Sequence record: NC_019503.1
Reading direction: 5' to 3' (one strand)
DNA: 64,000 bases
DNA from: Escherichia phage ime09
Numbering within the stretch: the first letter of the stretch is position 1; the number at the start of each line of letters is the position of its first letter. Shown here piece after piece: positions 8,694 to 19,925 of the stretch. The notes below the pieces were generated by a model that worked only from the letters and a program-made list of their open reading frames with translations, was not told the DNA's origin and did no database searches. The position numbers and the translations under genes are program-made.

Positions 8694-9224
8694 TTAAACT
8701 TCTGCTATAATTTTGCCATCTTTTTCTACTTGAAAATACGTATAAGGAATCGTTGCTGTGCATACTAAGGCTGGGTCTGAATCTTCTGTGTAGCTAAATT
8801 CTACTTCAGAGAGGTCAGAAACCCAAGGCTTATAAAAATTTATTGACATCACGATTTCAGTTTTACTATTATCTAAAATGTAAAGCGTAATGTATTCAGG
8901 ACCTGTTTTTTGGGCAGTATTTTCGCCTGTAAGATAGTTACTAGTTCCTAGCATCCATTCATACATTCCTATCCACGACTTAAGCTCTTCATCAACTATA
9001 AATCTCACGATGAGTGGATCGTACTCAAATGTAACTCCTGGACGCTGTGCTCTACCTAGTCCAAACGGCCCAGTCACGGTATCAGTAACAGGTATTCTAA
9101 TTCCCGGAATAGGAACTGACTGAGCATTTAAAGTAAAAGCAGATGTAGTACTACTATGCGGTATTGATACTACAAAGTTAGTTGTATTTGCTTGGTTAAA
9201 AATTTGTTGCAGTGCTTGCGACAT
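8694..9224 (-). CDS. 3: gp3 tail completion / sheath stabiliser (start moved to internal Met to give 176 aa)
   Basis: ORF 8694-9305; Met28 is preceded by GAGGAATAT RBS; length then matches T4 gp3; position between genes 1 and 2. Confidence 0.8.
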   Translation of the reverse strand: MSQALQQIFNQANTTNFVVSIPHSSTTSAFTLNAQSVPIPGIRIPVTDTVTGPFGLGRAQRPGVTFEYDPLIVRFIVDEELKSWIGMYEWMLGTSNYLTGENTAQKTGPEYITLYILDNSKTEIVMSINFYKPWVSDLSEVEFSYTEDSDPALVCTATIPYTYFQVEKDGKIIAEV

Positions 9225-9330
9225 ATATTCCTCATAATGCTTTATAAATGTTGGTGGTATAATGGGTCTAAGTCCCTTCCATTCAATTCCAATTAGAACA
9301 AACAATAGAAAAGAATGGAAGATAATAGAA

Positions 9331-10155
9331 TTAAATATTTGACCAGACTTTGTTTGCAGAGAAACGTTTTCCTTTTGAAACGAACTGCTGAAGTGGCATT
9401 AATACAACGTTCGCCCAGTCTTTCGGGGCGATTTCAACAAGGCTACCCATAATATTACCGGGTATATATGCCTTAATCATTTGGTCTGCACCCCTAAATC
9501 CTTTCACTTGACTCCAATCAATTTTTAATTTCGTTTTATTAGTAATAGTAGGTGTATTTGAATATTGCTTTAAAAGCTCTTCTAGAAATTGCTGACGAGC
9601 TTTAGGCGGAATATAGTGCAAGTTCAATCCGTACATTAAATTATGTTTACCTAAACCAAGGTAAATTATCAAAGGAAATTTATCCCAGTAAGGAAGAGTT
9701 TCCTTGTGTTTAGCATCATAAGCAAAAGCATATATTCGTCCCGGCTGAGGGCGAACAACTTTATGTCCTTTTACTTGCTTAATAGTTTCAGCAAACCACT
9801 TTCTGGTTTTATTATTAATTGCTGCACCTTCATTACGAATTTTATCACGCAATGTTTGCCTGAATGAATTTATCATAAGCAGTTGTCTTTCTTGCTTATT
9901 GAGTTTATTCATTGGTTTTGATTCAAGCTTTTGAATCTTTTCAGCCGTTTTAATTCCTGAAGCATATTTTGACATTGCCGAAGTAAACGTAGAGTATTTG
10001 ATTCCTCTTTCTTCGGCAAATTGCTTTCCTGTCATTCCTTTTGCTTTGGCCTTTTTGTATTCAAGACCTATCTGAATCCATTTCTTTTCGTTTAATGATT
10101 GCTTAACCTTTGGAACTTGGGGAGTGCTTTCATTAATTATTTGAAAAATAGCCAT
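9331..10155 (-). CDS. 2: gp2 DNA end-protector protein
   Basis: 274 aa, same length and position as T4 gp2. Confidence 0.85.
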   Translation of the reverse strand: MAIFQIINESTPQVPKVKQSLNEKKWIQIGLEYKKAKAKGMTGKQFAEERGIKYSTFTSAMSKYASGIKTAEKIQKLESKPMNKLNKQERQLLMINSFRQTLRDKIRNEGAAINNKTRKWFAETIKQVKGHKVVRPQPGRIYAFAYDAKHKETLPYWDKFPLIIYLGLGKHNLMYGLNLHYIPPKARQQFLEELLKQYSNTPTITNKTKLKIDWSQVKGFRGADQMIKAYIPGNIMGSLVEIAPKDWANVVLMPLQQFVSKGKRFSANKVWSNI

Positions 10156-10607
10156 TATGCCCCCTTAAAGCCAAGAGCTCGTAATCCATCTTCTGTTAGA
10201 ATTCTAAATTTTATTCCACGCTTTTCAGCTAAAGCTTGCGCTGCTTTCCATTTGTCAGTATTAACGGAATATGTATAAATTTCATTCATAAATCTTTTCT
10301 TCGCTGCAGTTGTTAGATGTGCTGGTTTAACTGGTGGTTGTGTTTCTTTTTTAGGTTTTATTTCAATAAAAAATTCTTGCCCAGAAGAATCTTTCATCCA
10401 AATATCCATGAAGTATCTACGTTTTTTCCCTTCTGCATTACAAAAATAAGGAATTACTGCTGTTTCACTACCCCATGCAATAATTTCTGGATTTTTATCT
10501 AACCATTCAAAAAAGAATTTTTCCCAATTTGATCTATACGTAATTTTTTTAGGGTCACCTCTATATTTTGATATATTTTTAGGAACCCATTTTCCAGAAT
10601 ATGCCAT
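10155..10607 (-). CDS. 4: gp4 head completion protein
   Basis: 150 aa, same length and position as T4 gp4; divergent from gene 53. Confidence 0.85.
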   Translation of the reverse strand: MAYSGKWVPKNISKYRGDPKKITYRSNWEKFFFEWLDKNPEIIAWGSETAVIPYFCNAEGKKRRYFMDIWMKDSSGQEFFIEIKPKKETQPPVKPAHLTTAAKKRFMNEIYTYSVNTDKWKAAQALAEKRGIKFRILTEDGLRALGFKGA

Positions 10608-10618
10608 TGGATTCTCCT

Positions 10619-10626
10619 TATAAATA
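10619..10626 (+). promoter_or_regulatory. late promoter box TATAAATA (gene 53)
   Basis: Exact TATAAATA about 28 nt upstream of ATG. Confidence 0.6.
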
Positions 10627-10634
10627 GATAATAT

Positions 10635-10642
10635 ATTTATAA
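10635..10642 (-). promoter_or_regulatory. late promoter box TATAAATA (gene 4, divergent)
   Basis: Exact TATAAATA on minus strand in the 4/53 intergenic region. Confidence 0.5.
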
Positions 10643-10654
10643 ACAGGAGGGCCC

Positions 10655-11245
10655 ATGCTCTTTACATTTTTTGATCCGATTGAATATGCGGCCAAAACGG
10701 TGAATAAAAACGCGCCGACTATTCCTATGACAGATATTTTTAGAAACTATAAAGACTATTTCAAACGTGCTCTTGCGGGATACCGTTTACGCACTTATTA
10801 TATTAAAGGTTCACCACGCCCGGAAGAATTAGCAAATGCTATATATGGAAATCCGCAGTTGTATTGGGTTTTATTGATGTGTAATGATAATTATGATCCG
10901 TATTATGGATGGATTACTTCGCAAGAAGCTGCTTATCAAGCATCTATACAAAAATACAAAAATGTAGGTGGAGACCAAATAGTATATCATGTGAATGAGA
11001 ACGGTGAAAAATTTTATAATTTAATATCATACGATGATAATCCATATGTTTGGTATGACAAAGGCGATAAAGCTAGAAAATATCCTCAATATGAAGGAGC
11101 ACTTGCTGCGGTCGATACGTATGAAGCTGCTGTTCTTGAAAATGAAAAACTTCGTCAAATAAAAATAATAGCAAAATCAGACATCAATTCATTTATGAAC
11201 GACCTTATACGTATAATGGAGAAATCTTATGGAAATGATAAGTAA
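10655..11245 (+). CDS. 53: gp53 baseplate wedge protein
   Basis: 196 aa, precedes gene 5; TATAAATA late promoter and AGGAGG RBS upstream. Confidence 0.9.
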   Translation: MLFTFFDPIEYAAKTVNKNAPTIPMTDIFRNYKDYFKRALAGYRLRTYYIKGSPRPEELANAIYGNPQLYWVLLMCNDNYDPYYGWITSQEAAYQASIQKYKNVGGDQIVYHVNENGEKFYNLISYDDNPYVWYDKGDKARKYPQYEGALAAVDTYEAAVLENEKLRQIKIIAKSDINSFMNDLIRIMEKSYGNDK

Positions 11246-12956
11246 TAACCTTAATTGGTTTGTTGGTGTTGTTGAAGATAGAATGGACCCATTAAAATTA
11301 GGTCGTGTTCGTGTTCGTGTAGTTGGTCTGCATCCACCTCAAAGAGCACAAGGCGACGTAATGGGTATTCCAACTGATAAATTACCATGGATGTCAGTTA
11401 TTCAACCTATAACTTCTGCAGCAATGTCTGGAATTGGAGGCTCCGTTACTGGTCCGGTAGAAGGAACTAGAGTTTATGGTCATTTTTTAGACAAATGGAA
11501 AACTAACGGAATTGTCCTTGGCACGTATGGTGGAATAGTTCGCGAAAAGCCTAATAGACTTGAAGGATTTTCTGACCCGACTGGACAGTATCCTAGACGT
11601 CTAGGAAATGATACTAACGTATTAAACCAAGGCGGAGAAGTAGGATATGATTCGTCTTCTAATATTATCCAAGATAGTAATCTAGACACTGCGATAAATC
11701 CTGATGATAGACCGCTATCAGAAATTCCAACTGATGATAATCCAAATATGTCAATGGCTGAAATGCTTCGCCGTGATGAAGGATTAAGACTAAAAGTTTA
11801 TTGGGATACTGAAGGATATCCGACAATTGGCATTGGTCATCTTATCATGAAGCAGCCAGTTCGTGATATGACTCAAATTAATAAAGTTTTATCAAAACAA
11901 GTTGGTCGTGAAATTACCGGAAATCCAGGTTCTATTACAATGGAAGAAGCGGTAACTTTATTTGAACGTGATTTAGCTGATATGCAACGTGACATTAAAT
12001 CACATTCTAAAGTTGGCCCAGTTTGGCAAGCAGTTAATCGTTCTCGTCAAATGGCATTAGAAAATATGGCATTTCAGATGGGTGTTGGCGGTGTAGCTAA
12101 ATTTAACACAATGTTAACTGCTATGTTAGCCGGAGATTGGGAAAAAGCATATAAAGCTGGTCGTGATTCATTGTGGTATCAACAAACAAAAGGCCGTGCA
12201 TCTCGTGTTACCATGATTATTCTTACAGGGAATTTGGAATCATACGGTATTGAAGTGAAAACACCGGCTAGGTCTTTGTCTGCAATGGCTGCTACTGTAG
12301 CAAAGTCTTCTGATCCAGCTGACCCTCCTATTCCGAATGATTCGAGAATTTTATTTAAAGAACCTGTTTCTTCATATAAAGGCGAATATCCGTATGTTCA
12401 TACAATGGAAACTGAAAGCGGTCATATTCAGGAATTTGACGATACCCCGGGACAAGAACGATACAGATTAGTTCATCCGACTGGAACATATGAGGAAGTA
12501 TCACCGTCAGGAAGAAGAACAAGAAAAACTGTTGATAATTTGTATGATATAACAAATGCTGATGGTAATTTTTTGGTAGCTGGCGATAAAAAGACTAACG
12601 TCGGTGGATCAGAAATTTATTACAACATGGATAATCGTCTCCACCAAATAGATGGAAGCAATACAATATTTGTACGTGGCGATGAAACTAAGACGGTTGA
12701 AGGTAATGGAACTATCCTAGTCAAAGGTAATGTTACTATTGTAGTTGAAGGTAATGCTGACATTACAGTTAAAGGGGATGCTACCACTTTAGTTGAAGGA
12801 AATCAGACTAATACAGTAAATGGAAATCTTTCTTGGAAAGTTGCTGGGACGGTTGATTGGGACGTTGGTGGTGATTGGACAGAAAAAATGGCATCTATGA
12901 GTTCTATTTCATCTGGTCAATACACAATTGATGGATCGAGGATTGACATTGGCTAA
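11229..12956 (+). CDS. 5: gp5 baseplate hub / tail-associated lysozyme with C-terminal beta-helix
   Basis: 575 aa; central lysozyme fold then VxGxxxxx repeats (..VEGNGTILVKGNVTIVVEGNADITVKGDATTLVEGN..). Confidence 0.95.
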   Translation: MEMISNNLNWFVGVVEDRMDPLKLGRVRVRVVGLHPPQRAQGDVMGIPTDKLPWMSVIQPITSAAMSGIGGSVTGPVEGTRVYGHFLDKWKTNGIVLGTYGGIVREKPNRLEGFSDPTGQYPRRLGNDTNVLNQGGEVGYDSSSNIIQDSNLDTAINPDDRPLSEIPTDDNPNMSMAEMLRRDEGLRLKVYWDTEGYPTIGIGHLIMKQPVRDMTQINKVLSKQVGREITGNPGSITMEEAVTLFERDLADMQRDIKSHSKVGPVWQAVNRSRQMALENMAFQMGVGGVAKFNTMLTAMLAGDWEKAYKAGRDSLWYQQTKGRASRVTMIILTGNLESYGIEVKTPARSLSAMAATVAKSSDPADPPIPNDSRILFKEPVSSYKGEYPYVHTMETESGHIQEFDDTPGQERYRLVHPTGTYEEVSPSGRRTRKTVDNLYDITNADGNFLVAGDKKTNVGGSEIYYNMDNRLHQIDGSNTIFVRGDETKTVEGNGTILVKGNVTIVVEGNADITVKGDATTLVEGNQTNTVNGNLSWKVAGTVDWDVGGDWTEKMASMSSISSGQYTIDGSRIDIG

Positions 12957-13485
12957 TATACTTCCAATGAGCGCTGATTTAGGAGAATCCATGGAAGGTT
13001 CTTCTATCGACGTCACCTTTACCGCTCAATTAGAAACAGGTGAAACGTTAGTATCTATAAATATAACTAGTTACGAAGAAACTCCTGGGGTTTTAGTAGA
13101 AGAAAATCGTTTATATGGAACGTATGAATCTGTATTTGGATTTGGAAATGATGCGTTGAAATATCGTTTAGATAATGAATTTAAAACCGCTGCTTCATGG
13201 GAAGACCTTCCAACTGATTCTAATACTCAGTTATATTTATGGAAAGCTCCTCAAAACCTCCAGAAGACATTCACTTACGAAGTAACATTAATATATGACT
13301 ACCAAGAACAAAGTGAATCTGGAGGTTCTGGCAGTAATTCTAGGTCATCTTCTGATACTACTGAACCAACGAATCCTCCAGCTCCAATAAGAAAAACTCT
13401 TGTTAAAAATTATACAAAAACTATAGTTGGAAATTGGAGTCGTTGGGCTAATAAATTGAGAAGCTACGTGTATGAGAGGCCATAA
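12928..13485 (+). CDS. 5.1: gp5.1-like conserved protein
   Basis: 185 aa ORF between genes 5 and 5.4. Confidence 0.7.
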
Positions 13486-13779
13486 ATGTCAGGATTAAGT
13501 TATGATAAGTGTGTTACTGCCGGCCATGAAGCATGGCCTCCAACAGTTGTGAATGCTACACAAAGTAAAGTATTCACTGGAGGAATTGCTGTTCTCGTAG
13601 CAGGTGATCCAATTACAGAACATACAGAAATTAAAAAGCCATATGAAACACATGGCGGAGTGACACAACCTAGAACTTCTAAGGTATATGTCACTGGAAA
13701 GAAAGCTGTTCAAATGGCTGATCCAATATCATGCGGTGATACTGTGGCTCAGGCATCATCTAAAGTATTCATTAAATAG
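13486..13779 (+). CDS. 5.4: gp5.4 PAAR-like spike tip protein
   Basis: 97 aa with Cys/His pairs typical of PAAR-repeat proteins; sits after gene 5. Confidence 0.8.
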
Positions 13780-13787
13780 GATTTAAA

Positions 13788-15770
13788 ATGGCAAATACCC
13801 CTGTAAATTATCAATTAACAAGAACAGCAAATGCTATTCCCGAGATATTCGTCGGGGGTACATTTGCTGAAATAAAACAAAACCTCATTGAATGGCTTAA
13901 TGGCCAAAATGAATTTTTGGATTATGATTTTGAAGGCTCAAGATTAAACGTTCTGTGCGACCTTTTGGCTTATAATACATTGTACATTCAACAGTTTGGT
14001 AATGCTGCCTTGTATGAAAGCTTTATGCGTACTGCTAATTTGCGTAGTTCAGTAGTTCAAGCTGCACAAGATAATGGATATTTACCTACTTCAAAATCAG
14101 CTGCTCAAACTGAAATTATGCTAACTTGTACAGATGCATTGAATAGAAATTACATTACTATTCCTCGTGGTACTCGCTTTTTAGCATATGCAAAGGATAC
14201 TTCCGTTAATCCTTATAACTTTGTATCTACCGAAGATGTTATTGCTATTCGCGATAAAAATAACCAATATTTTCCGCGTTTAAAATTAGCCCAGGGGCGT
14301 ATAGTAAGAACTGAAATCATTTATGATAAATTAACACCTATTATCATTTATGACAAAAATATAGATAGAAACCAAGTTAAACTATACGTTGATGGAGCAG
14401 AATGGATTAACTGGACAAGAAAGTCAATGGTTCATGCTGGTTCTACATCAACAATTTACTACATGCGTGAAACTATTGATGGAAATACCGAGTTTTATTT
14501 TGGTGAAGGTGAGATTTCTGTTAATGCGGCAGAAGGAGCATTGACTGCTAATTATATTGGAGGTCTTAAGCCTACCCAGAACTCTACAATTGTTATTGAG
14601 TACATCAGTACTAACGGTGCAGATGCGAATGGCGCAGTCGGATTTTCATACGCAGATACATTGACAAATATAACTGTCATCAATATTAATGAAAATCCAA
14701 ACGATGACCCAGATTTTGTTGGGGCAGATGGCGGCGGTGATCCAGAAGATATTGAACGTATTCGTGAATTGGGTACTATTAAACGTGAAACCCAGCAACG
14801 CTGCGTAACTGCAACTGACTATGATACATTTGTTTCAGAGAGATTTGGTTCTATTATTCAAGCAGTTCAGACTTTCACTGATTCTACTAAACCTGGTTAT
14901 GCATTTATTGCTGCTAAACCTAAATCAGGACTATATTTAACTACTGTACAGCGCGAAGATATTAAAAATTATCTCAAAGACTATAATTTAGCTCCTATTA
15001 CGCCATCAATTATTTCTCCTAATTATCTTTTTATTAAGACTAATTTAAAAGTCACATATGCTTTAAATAAGCTGCAAGAATCCGAACAGTGGCTTGAAGG
15101 TCAAATAATTGATAAAATTGATCGTTATTATACCGAAGACGTAGAAATTTTTAACTCATCTTTCGCTAAATCTAAGATGTTGACATATGTAGATGATGCA
15201 GATCATTCTATCATTGGTTCATCAGCGACAATTCAAATTGTTCGTGAAGTACAAAACTTCTATAAAACGCCTGAAGCAGGTATTAAATACAATAATCAAA
15301 TAAAAGATCGTTCTATGGAATCTAATACATTTTCATTTAATTCTGGACGAAAGGTTGTAAATCCTGATACTGGTTTAGAAGAAGATGTATTATATGACGT
15401 TCGCATAGTATCAACAGACCGAGATTCTAAAGGAATTGGTAAAGTTATTATTGGTCCATTTGCTTCTGGCGATGTTACAGAAAATGAAAACATTCAGCCA
15501 TATACAGGCAACGATTTTAACAAATTAGCAAATTCTGATGGACGCGACAAATACTATGTTATCGGTGAAATAAATTATCCAGCTGATGTGATTTATTGGA
15601 ATATCGCTAAAATTAATTTAACATCTGAAAAATTTGAAGTTCAGACTATTGAATTATATTCTGACCCAACCGATGATGTTATCTTTACTCGCGATGGTTC
15701 ACTGATTGTATTTGAAAATGACTTACGTCCACAATACTTAACTATCGATTTGGAGCCTATATCACAATGA
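13788..15770 (+). CDS. 6: gp6 baseplate wedge protein
   Basis: 660 aa, length/order as T4 gp6. Confidence 0.9.
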   Translation: MANTPVNYQLTRTANAIPEIFVGGTFAEIKQNLIEWLNGQNEFLDYDFEGSRLNVLCDLLAYNTLYIQQFGNAALYESFMRTANLRSSVVQAAQDNGYLPTSKSAAQTEIMLTCTDALNRNYITIPRGTRFLAYAKDTSVNPYNFVSTEDVIAIRDKNNQYFPRLKLAQGRIVRTEIIYDKLTPIIIYDKNIDRNQVKLYVDGAEWINWTRKSMVHAGSTSTIYYMRETIDGNTEFYFGEGEISVNAAEGALTANYIGGLKPTQNSTIVIEYISTNGADANGAVGFSYADTLTNITVININENPNDDPDFVGADGGGDPEDIERIRELGTIKRETQQRCVTATDYDTFVSERFGSIIQAVQTFTDSTKPGYAFIAAKPKSGLYLTTVQREDIKNYLKDYNLAPITPSIISPNYLFIKTNLKVTYALNKLQESEQWLEGQIIDKIDRYYTEDVEIFNSSFAKSKMLTYVDDADHSIIGSSATIQIVREVQNFYKTPEAGIKYNNQIKDRSMESNTFSFNSGRKVVNPDTGLEEDVLYDVRIVSTDRDSKGIGKVIIGPFASGDVTENENIQPYTGNDFNKLANSDGRDKYYVIGEINYPADVIYWNIAKINLTSEKFEVQTIELYSDPTDDVIFTRDGSLIVFENDLRPQYLTIDLEPISQ

Positions 15771-18700
15771 CAGTAAAAGCACCTTCAGTCACTAGTCTCA
15801 GAATTTCCAAGTTATCCGCAAATCAGGTGCAAGTACGCTGGGATGACGTTGGTGCTAATTTCTACTATTTTGTAGAAATCGCTGAGACAAAAACAAACTC
15901 GGGGGAAAATCTCCCGAGTAATCAATACAGATGGATTAACTTGGGATATACTGCAAATAACAGCTTCTTTTTTGATGATGCTGACCCATTGACATCATAC
16001 GTTATTAGAGTAGCTACAGCTGCACAAGATTTTGAGCAGTCTGATTGGATTTATACCGAAGAGTTTGAAACTTTTGGTACAAATGCTTATACATTTCAAA
16101 ACATGATTGAAATGCAATTAGCCAATAAATTCATTCAGGAAAAATTTACTCTTAATAATTCTGATTATGTTAATTTTAATAATGACACTATAATGGCTGC
16201 ATTGATGAATGAATCATTTCAATTCAGCCCATCGTATGTTGACGTTTCATCAATAAGCAATTTTATTATTGGTGAAAATGAGTATCATGAAATACAAGGT
16301 TCTATTCAGCAAGTATGTAAGGATATTAACCGAGTTTATTTGATGGAATCAGAAGGGATTCTATACCTTTTTGAGCGTTATCAACCTGTAGTTAAAGTAT
16401 CCAATGATAAAGGACAAACTTGGAAAGCTGTAAAGCTCTTCAATGACCGCGTAGGATATCCTTTATCTAAGACAGTATATTACCAATCTGCGAACACAAC
16501 ATACGTTCTAGGATACGACAAGATTTTCTATGGCCGCAAATCGACTGATGTTAGATGGTCAGCTGATGATGTCAGATTTAGTTCTCAGGATATAACATTC
16601 GCTAAACTTGGCGACCAATTACATTTAGGATTTGATGTAGAAATTTTTGCCACTTACGCAACTTTGCCAGCGAATGTATATCGCATTGCAGAAGCTATTA
16701 CTTGCACCGATGATTACATTTACGTTGTCGCCAGAGACAAAGTTAGATACATAAAAACGAGTAATGCACCTATAGATTCTGATCCATTATCTCCAACATA
16801 TTCGGAAAGGCTTTTTGAACCTGATACAATGACTATAACCGGAAATCCTAAAGCAGTATGCTATAAAATGGATTCTATCGGTGATAAAGTTTTTGCTCTT
16901 ATTATTGGTGAAGTTGAAACATTAAATGCTAATCCTAGAACATCAAAAATAATTGATTCTGCTGATAAAGGAATATATGTTTTAAATCATGACACAAAAA
17001 CGTGGAAAAGAGTTTTTGGCAATACTGAAGAAGAAAGAAGACGTATTCAACCAGGGTATGCGAATATGTCAACTGATGGTAAATTAGTTTCTCTATCATC
17101 GAGCAATTTTAAATTTTTAAGTGATAATGTTGTTAATGACCCTGAAACTGCAGCAAAATATCAGTTAATCGGTGCTGTTAAATATGAATTTCCTCGTGAA
17201 TGGTTAGCTGATAAGCATTATCATATGATGGCATTTATAGCAGATGAAAAGTCTGATTGGGAAACTTTTACTCCTCAGCCGATGAAATACTATGCAGAAC
17301 CATTCTTTAACTGGTCTAAAAAATCTAACACACGTTGTTGGATAAACAACTCTGATAGGGTTGTAGTAGTTTATGCTGATTTAAAATACACTAAAGTTAT
17401 AGAAAATATTCCTGAAACATCACCAGATAGATTAGTTCATGAATACTGGGATGATGGCGATTGCACTATAGTAATGCCAAATGTTAAATTCACTGGATTT
17501 AAAAAATATGCATCTGGGATGCTTTTCTATAAAGCTTCTGGTGAAATAATTTCTTACTATGATTTTAACTATCGTGTTAGAGACACTGTCGAAATTATTT
17601 GGAAGCCAACTGAAGTATTTTTAAAAGCATTTTTACAAAACCAAGAGCATGAAACTCCTTGGTCGCCTGAAGAAGAGCGTGGATTAGCTGACCCTGATTT
17701 AAGACCGTTGATTGGCACAATGATGCCTGATTCTTATTTGTTACAGGATTCGAATTTTGAGGCATTTTGCGAAGCATATATTCAATATCTTTCTGATGGA
17801 TATGGAACCCAGTATAACAATTTACGAAATTTAATTCGTAACAAATATCCACGAGAAGAGCATGCATGGGAATATTTGTGGTCAGAGATATATAAAAGAA
17901 ACATTTATTTAAATGCTGACAAACGTGATGCTGTTACAAGATTTTTCGAATCACGTAGCTATGATTTTTATTCTACTAAAGGAATTGAAGCATCATACAA
18001 ATTTCTTTTTAAAGTTCTTTATAATGAAGAGGTTGAAATTGAAATTGAATCTGGAGCTGGTACTGAATATGATATAATCGTTCAATCTGATTCTTTAACT
18101 GAAGATTTAGTAGGACAAACGATTTATACAGCTACAGGAAGATGTAATGTTACTTATATAGAAAGAAGTTATTCTAACGGTAAATTGCAATGGACCGTAA
18201 CTATTCATAATCTTTTGGGAAGATTAATTACCGGTCAAGAAGTTAAAGCAGAAAGACTCCCTAGTTTTGAAGGCGAAATTATTCGCGGGGTTAAAGGGAA
18301 GGATTTGCTTCAAAATAATATAGACTATATTAATAGAAGTCGATCATATTATGTAATGAAAATTAAATCCAATTTACCTTCTTCCCGCTGGAAATCTGAC
18401 GTTATTCGTTTTGTTCATCCAGTAGGATTTGGATTTATAGCAATTACCCTTTTAACAATGTTTATTAATGTTGGTTTAACTCTTAAACATACAGAGACTA
18501 TAATTAATAAATACAAAAACTACAAATGGGATTCTGGATTGCCTACTGAATATGCTGATAGAGTAGCTAAATTAACTCCAACCGGTGAAATTGAGCATGA
18601 TTCGGTAACAGGCGAAGCAATTTATGAGCCTGGCCCAATGGCTGGCGTAGAATATCCTCTTCCTGATGACTATAATGCTGAAAATAACAATTCAATATTT

Positions 18701-18865
18701 CAAGGTCAATTGCCGTCTGAACGACGCAAATTAATGAGTCCTTTATTTGATGCATCTGGAACAACATTTGCACAATTTAGGGATTTAGTTAATAAACGTC
18801 TAAAAGATAATATAGGAAATCCAAGAGACCCTGAAAATCCAACACAGGTTAAAATAGATGAATGA
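15767..18865 (+). CDS. 7: gp7 baseplate wedge initiator
   Basis: 1032 aa, length/order as T4 gp7; ATGA overlap with gene 6. Confidence 0.9.
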   Translation: MTVKAPSVTSLRISKLSANQVQVRWDDVGANFYYFVEIAETKTNSGENLPSNQYRWINLGYTANNSFFFDDADPLTSYVIRVATAAQDFEQSDWIYTEEFETFGTNAYTFQNMIEMQLANKFIQEKFTLNNSDYVNFNNDTIMAALMNESFQFSPSYVDVSSISNFIIGENEYHEIQGSIQQVCKDINRVYLMESEGILYLFERYQPVVKVSNDKGQTWKAVKLFNDRVGYPLSKTVYYQSANTTYVLGYDKIFYGRKSTDVRWSADDVRFSSQDITFAKLGDQLHLGFDVEIFATYATLPANVYRIAEAITCTDDYIYVVARDKVRYIKTSNAPIDSDPLSPTYSERLFEPDTMTITGNPKAVCYKMDSIGDKVFALIIGEVETLNANPRTSKIIDSADKGIYVLNHDTKTWKRVFGNTEEERRRIQPGYANMSTDGKLVSLSSSNFKFLSDNVVNDPETAAKYQLIGAVKYEFPREWLADKHYHMMAFIADEKSDWETFTPQPMKYYAEPFFNWSKKSNTRCWINNSDRVVVVYADLKYTKVIENIPETSPDRLVHEYWDDGDCTIVMPNVKFTGFKKYASGMLFYKASGEIISYYDFNYRVRDTVEIIWKPTEVFLKAFLQNQEHETPWSPEEERGLADPDLRPLIGTMMPDSYLLQDSNFEAFCEAYIQYLSDGYGTQYNNLRNLIRNKYPREEHAWEYLWSEIYKRNIYLNADKRDAVTRFFESRSYDFYSTKGIEASYKFLFKVLYNEEVEIEIESGAGTEYDIIVQSDSLTEDLVGQTIYTATGRCNVTYIERSYSNGKLQWTVTIHNLLGRLITGQEVKAERLPSFEGEIIRGVKGKDLLQNNIDYINRSRSYYVMKIKSNLPSSRWKSDVIRFVHPVGFGFIAITLLTMFINVGLTLKHTETIINKYKNYKWDSGLPTEYADRVAKLTPTGEIEHDSVTGEAIYEPGPMAGVEYPLPDDYNAENNNSIFQGQLPSERRKLMSPLFDASGTTFAQFRDLVNKRLKDNIGNPRDPENPTQVKIDE

Positions 18866-19862
18866 TTCAAGTGTTATCTATCGTGCGATAGTTACTTCAA
18901 AATTTAGAACAGAAAAAATGTTGAATTTTTATAATTCAATTGGAAGTGGTCCGGATAAAAACACTATCTTTATCACATTTGGAAGATCAGAACCGTGGTC
19001 ATCAAATGAAAATGAGGTGGGCTTTGCTCCACCTTATCCTACTGATTCTGTATTAGGCGTAACTGACATGTGGACGCATATGATGGGAACCGTAAAGGTT
19101 CTTCCATCTATGCTTGATGCAGTTATTCCTCGTCGAGATTGGGGAGATACTAGATATCCGGATCCATACACATTTAGAATTAACGATATTGTAGTGTGTA
19201 ACTCAGCTCCTTACAATGCTACTGAATCAGGTGCAGGCTGGTTAGTATATCGTTGTTTAGATGTTCCTGACACAGGAATGTGTTCAATTGAGTCTTTAAC
19301 TAATAAGGATGAATGCCTTAAGTTAGGTGGAAAATGGACTCCTTCTGTTAGGTCAATGACTCCTCCTGAAGGTCGAGGAGACGCGGAAGGAACAATCGAA
19401 CCCGGCGACGGATATGTTTGGGAATATCTTTTTGAAATTCCGCCTGATGTATCTATAAATAGATGCACGAATGAATATATCGTGGTTCCTTGGCCTGAGG
19501 AATTAAAAGAAGACCCGGCTAGATGGGGATATGAAGATAATCTCACTTGGCAACAAGATGATTTTGGATTAATTTACCGTGTTAAGGCAAATACTATCCG
19601 TTTTAAAGCATATTTAGATTCAGTTTATTTTCCTGAAGCTGCATTGCCGGGAAATAAAGGATTTAGACAAATATCAATAATCACGAATCCTCTTGAAGCT
19701 AAAGCTCATCCAAATGACCCAAACGTTAAAGCTGAAAAGGATTATTATGATCCGGAAGATTTAATGAGGCATTCGGGCGAAATGATTTATATGGAAAATA
19801 GGCCACCTATTATTATGGCAATGGATCAAACAGAAGAAATCAATATTCTGTTTACATTTTAA
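18858..19862 (+). CDS. 8: gp8 baseplate wedge protein
   Basis: 334 aa, length/order as T4 gp8. Confidence 0.9.
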   Translation: MNDSSVIYRAIVTSKFRTEKMLNFYNSIGSGPDKNTIFITFGRSEPWSSNENEVGFAPPYPTDSVLGVTDMWTHMMGTVKVLPSMLDAVIPRRDWGDTRYPDPYTFRINDIVVCNSAPYNATESGAGWLVYRCLDVPDTGMCSIESLTNKDECLKLGGKWTPSVRSMTPPEGRGDAEGTIEPGDGYVWEYLFEIPPDVSINRCTNEYIVVPWPEELKEDPARWGYEDNLTWQQDDFGLIYRVKANTIRFKAYLDSVYFPEAALPGNKGFRQISIITNPLEAKAHPNDPNVKAEKDYYDPEDLMRHSGEMIYMENRPPIIMAMDQTEEINILFTF

Positions 19863-19867
19863 CTTAA

Positions 19868-19890
19868 GGGAGCCCATGGGCTCCCTTTTT
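19868..19890 (+). terminator. hairpin plus T-tract after gene 8
   Basis: GGGAGCCCATGGGCTCCC followed by TTTTT. Confidence 0.6.
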
Positions 19891-19893
19891 CTT

Positions 19894-19901
19894 TATAAAT
19901 A
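19894..19901 (+). promoter_or_regulatory. late promoter box TATAAATA (gene 9)
   Basis: Exact TATAAATA 25 nt upstream of ATG, just after the gene 8 terminator. Confidence 0.6.
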
Positions 19902-19925
19902 CTATAAACTCATAAGGAAACCGCT

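Noticed and set aside
12650-12900. Short periodic repeat in DNA near the 3' end of gene 5
   Set aside because: Encodes the VxGxxxxx beta-helix repeats of the gp5 needle; an expected structural motif, not a mobile or regulatory repeat.
13495-13713. Two minus-strand ORFs (72 and 64 aa)
   Set aside because: Antisense inside gene 5.4, a short conserved PAAR-like gene.
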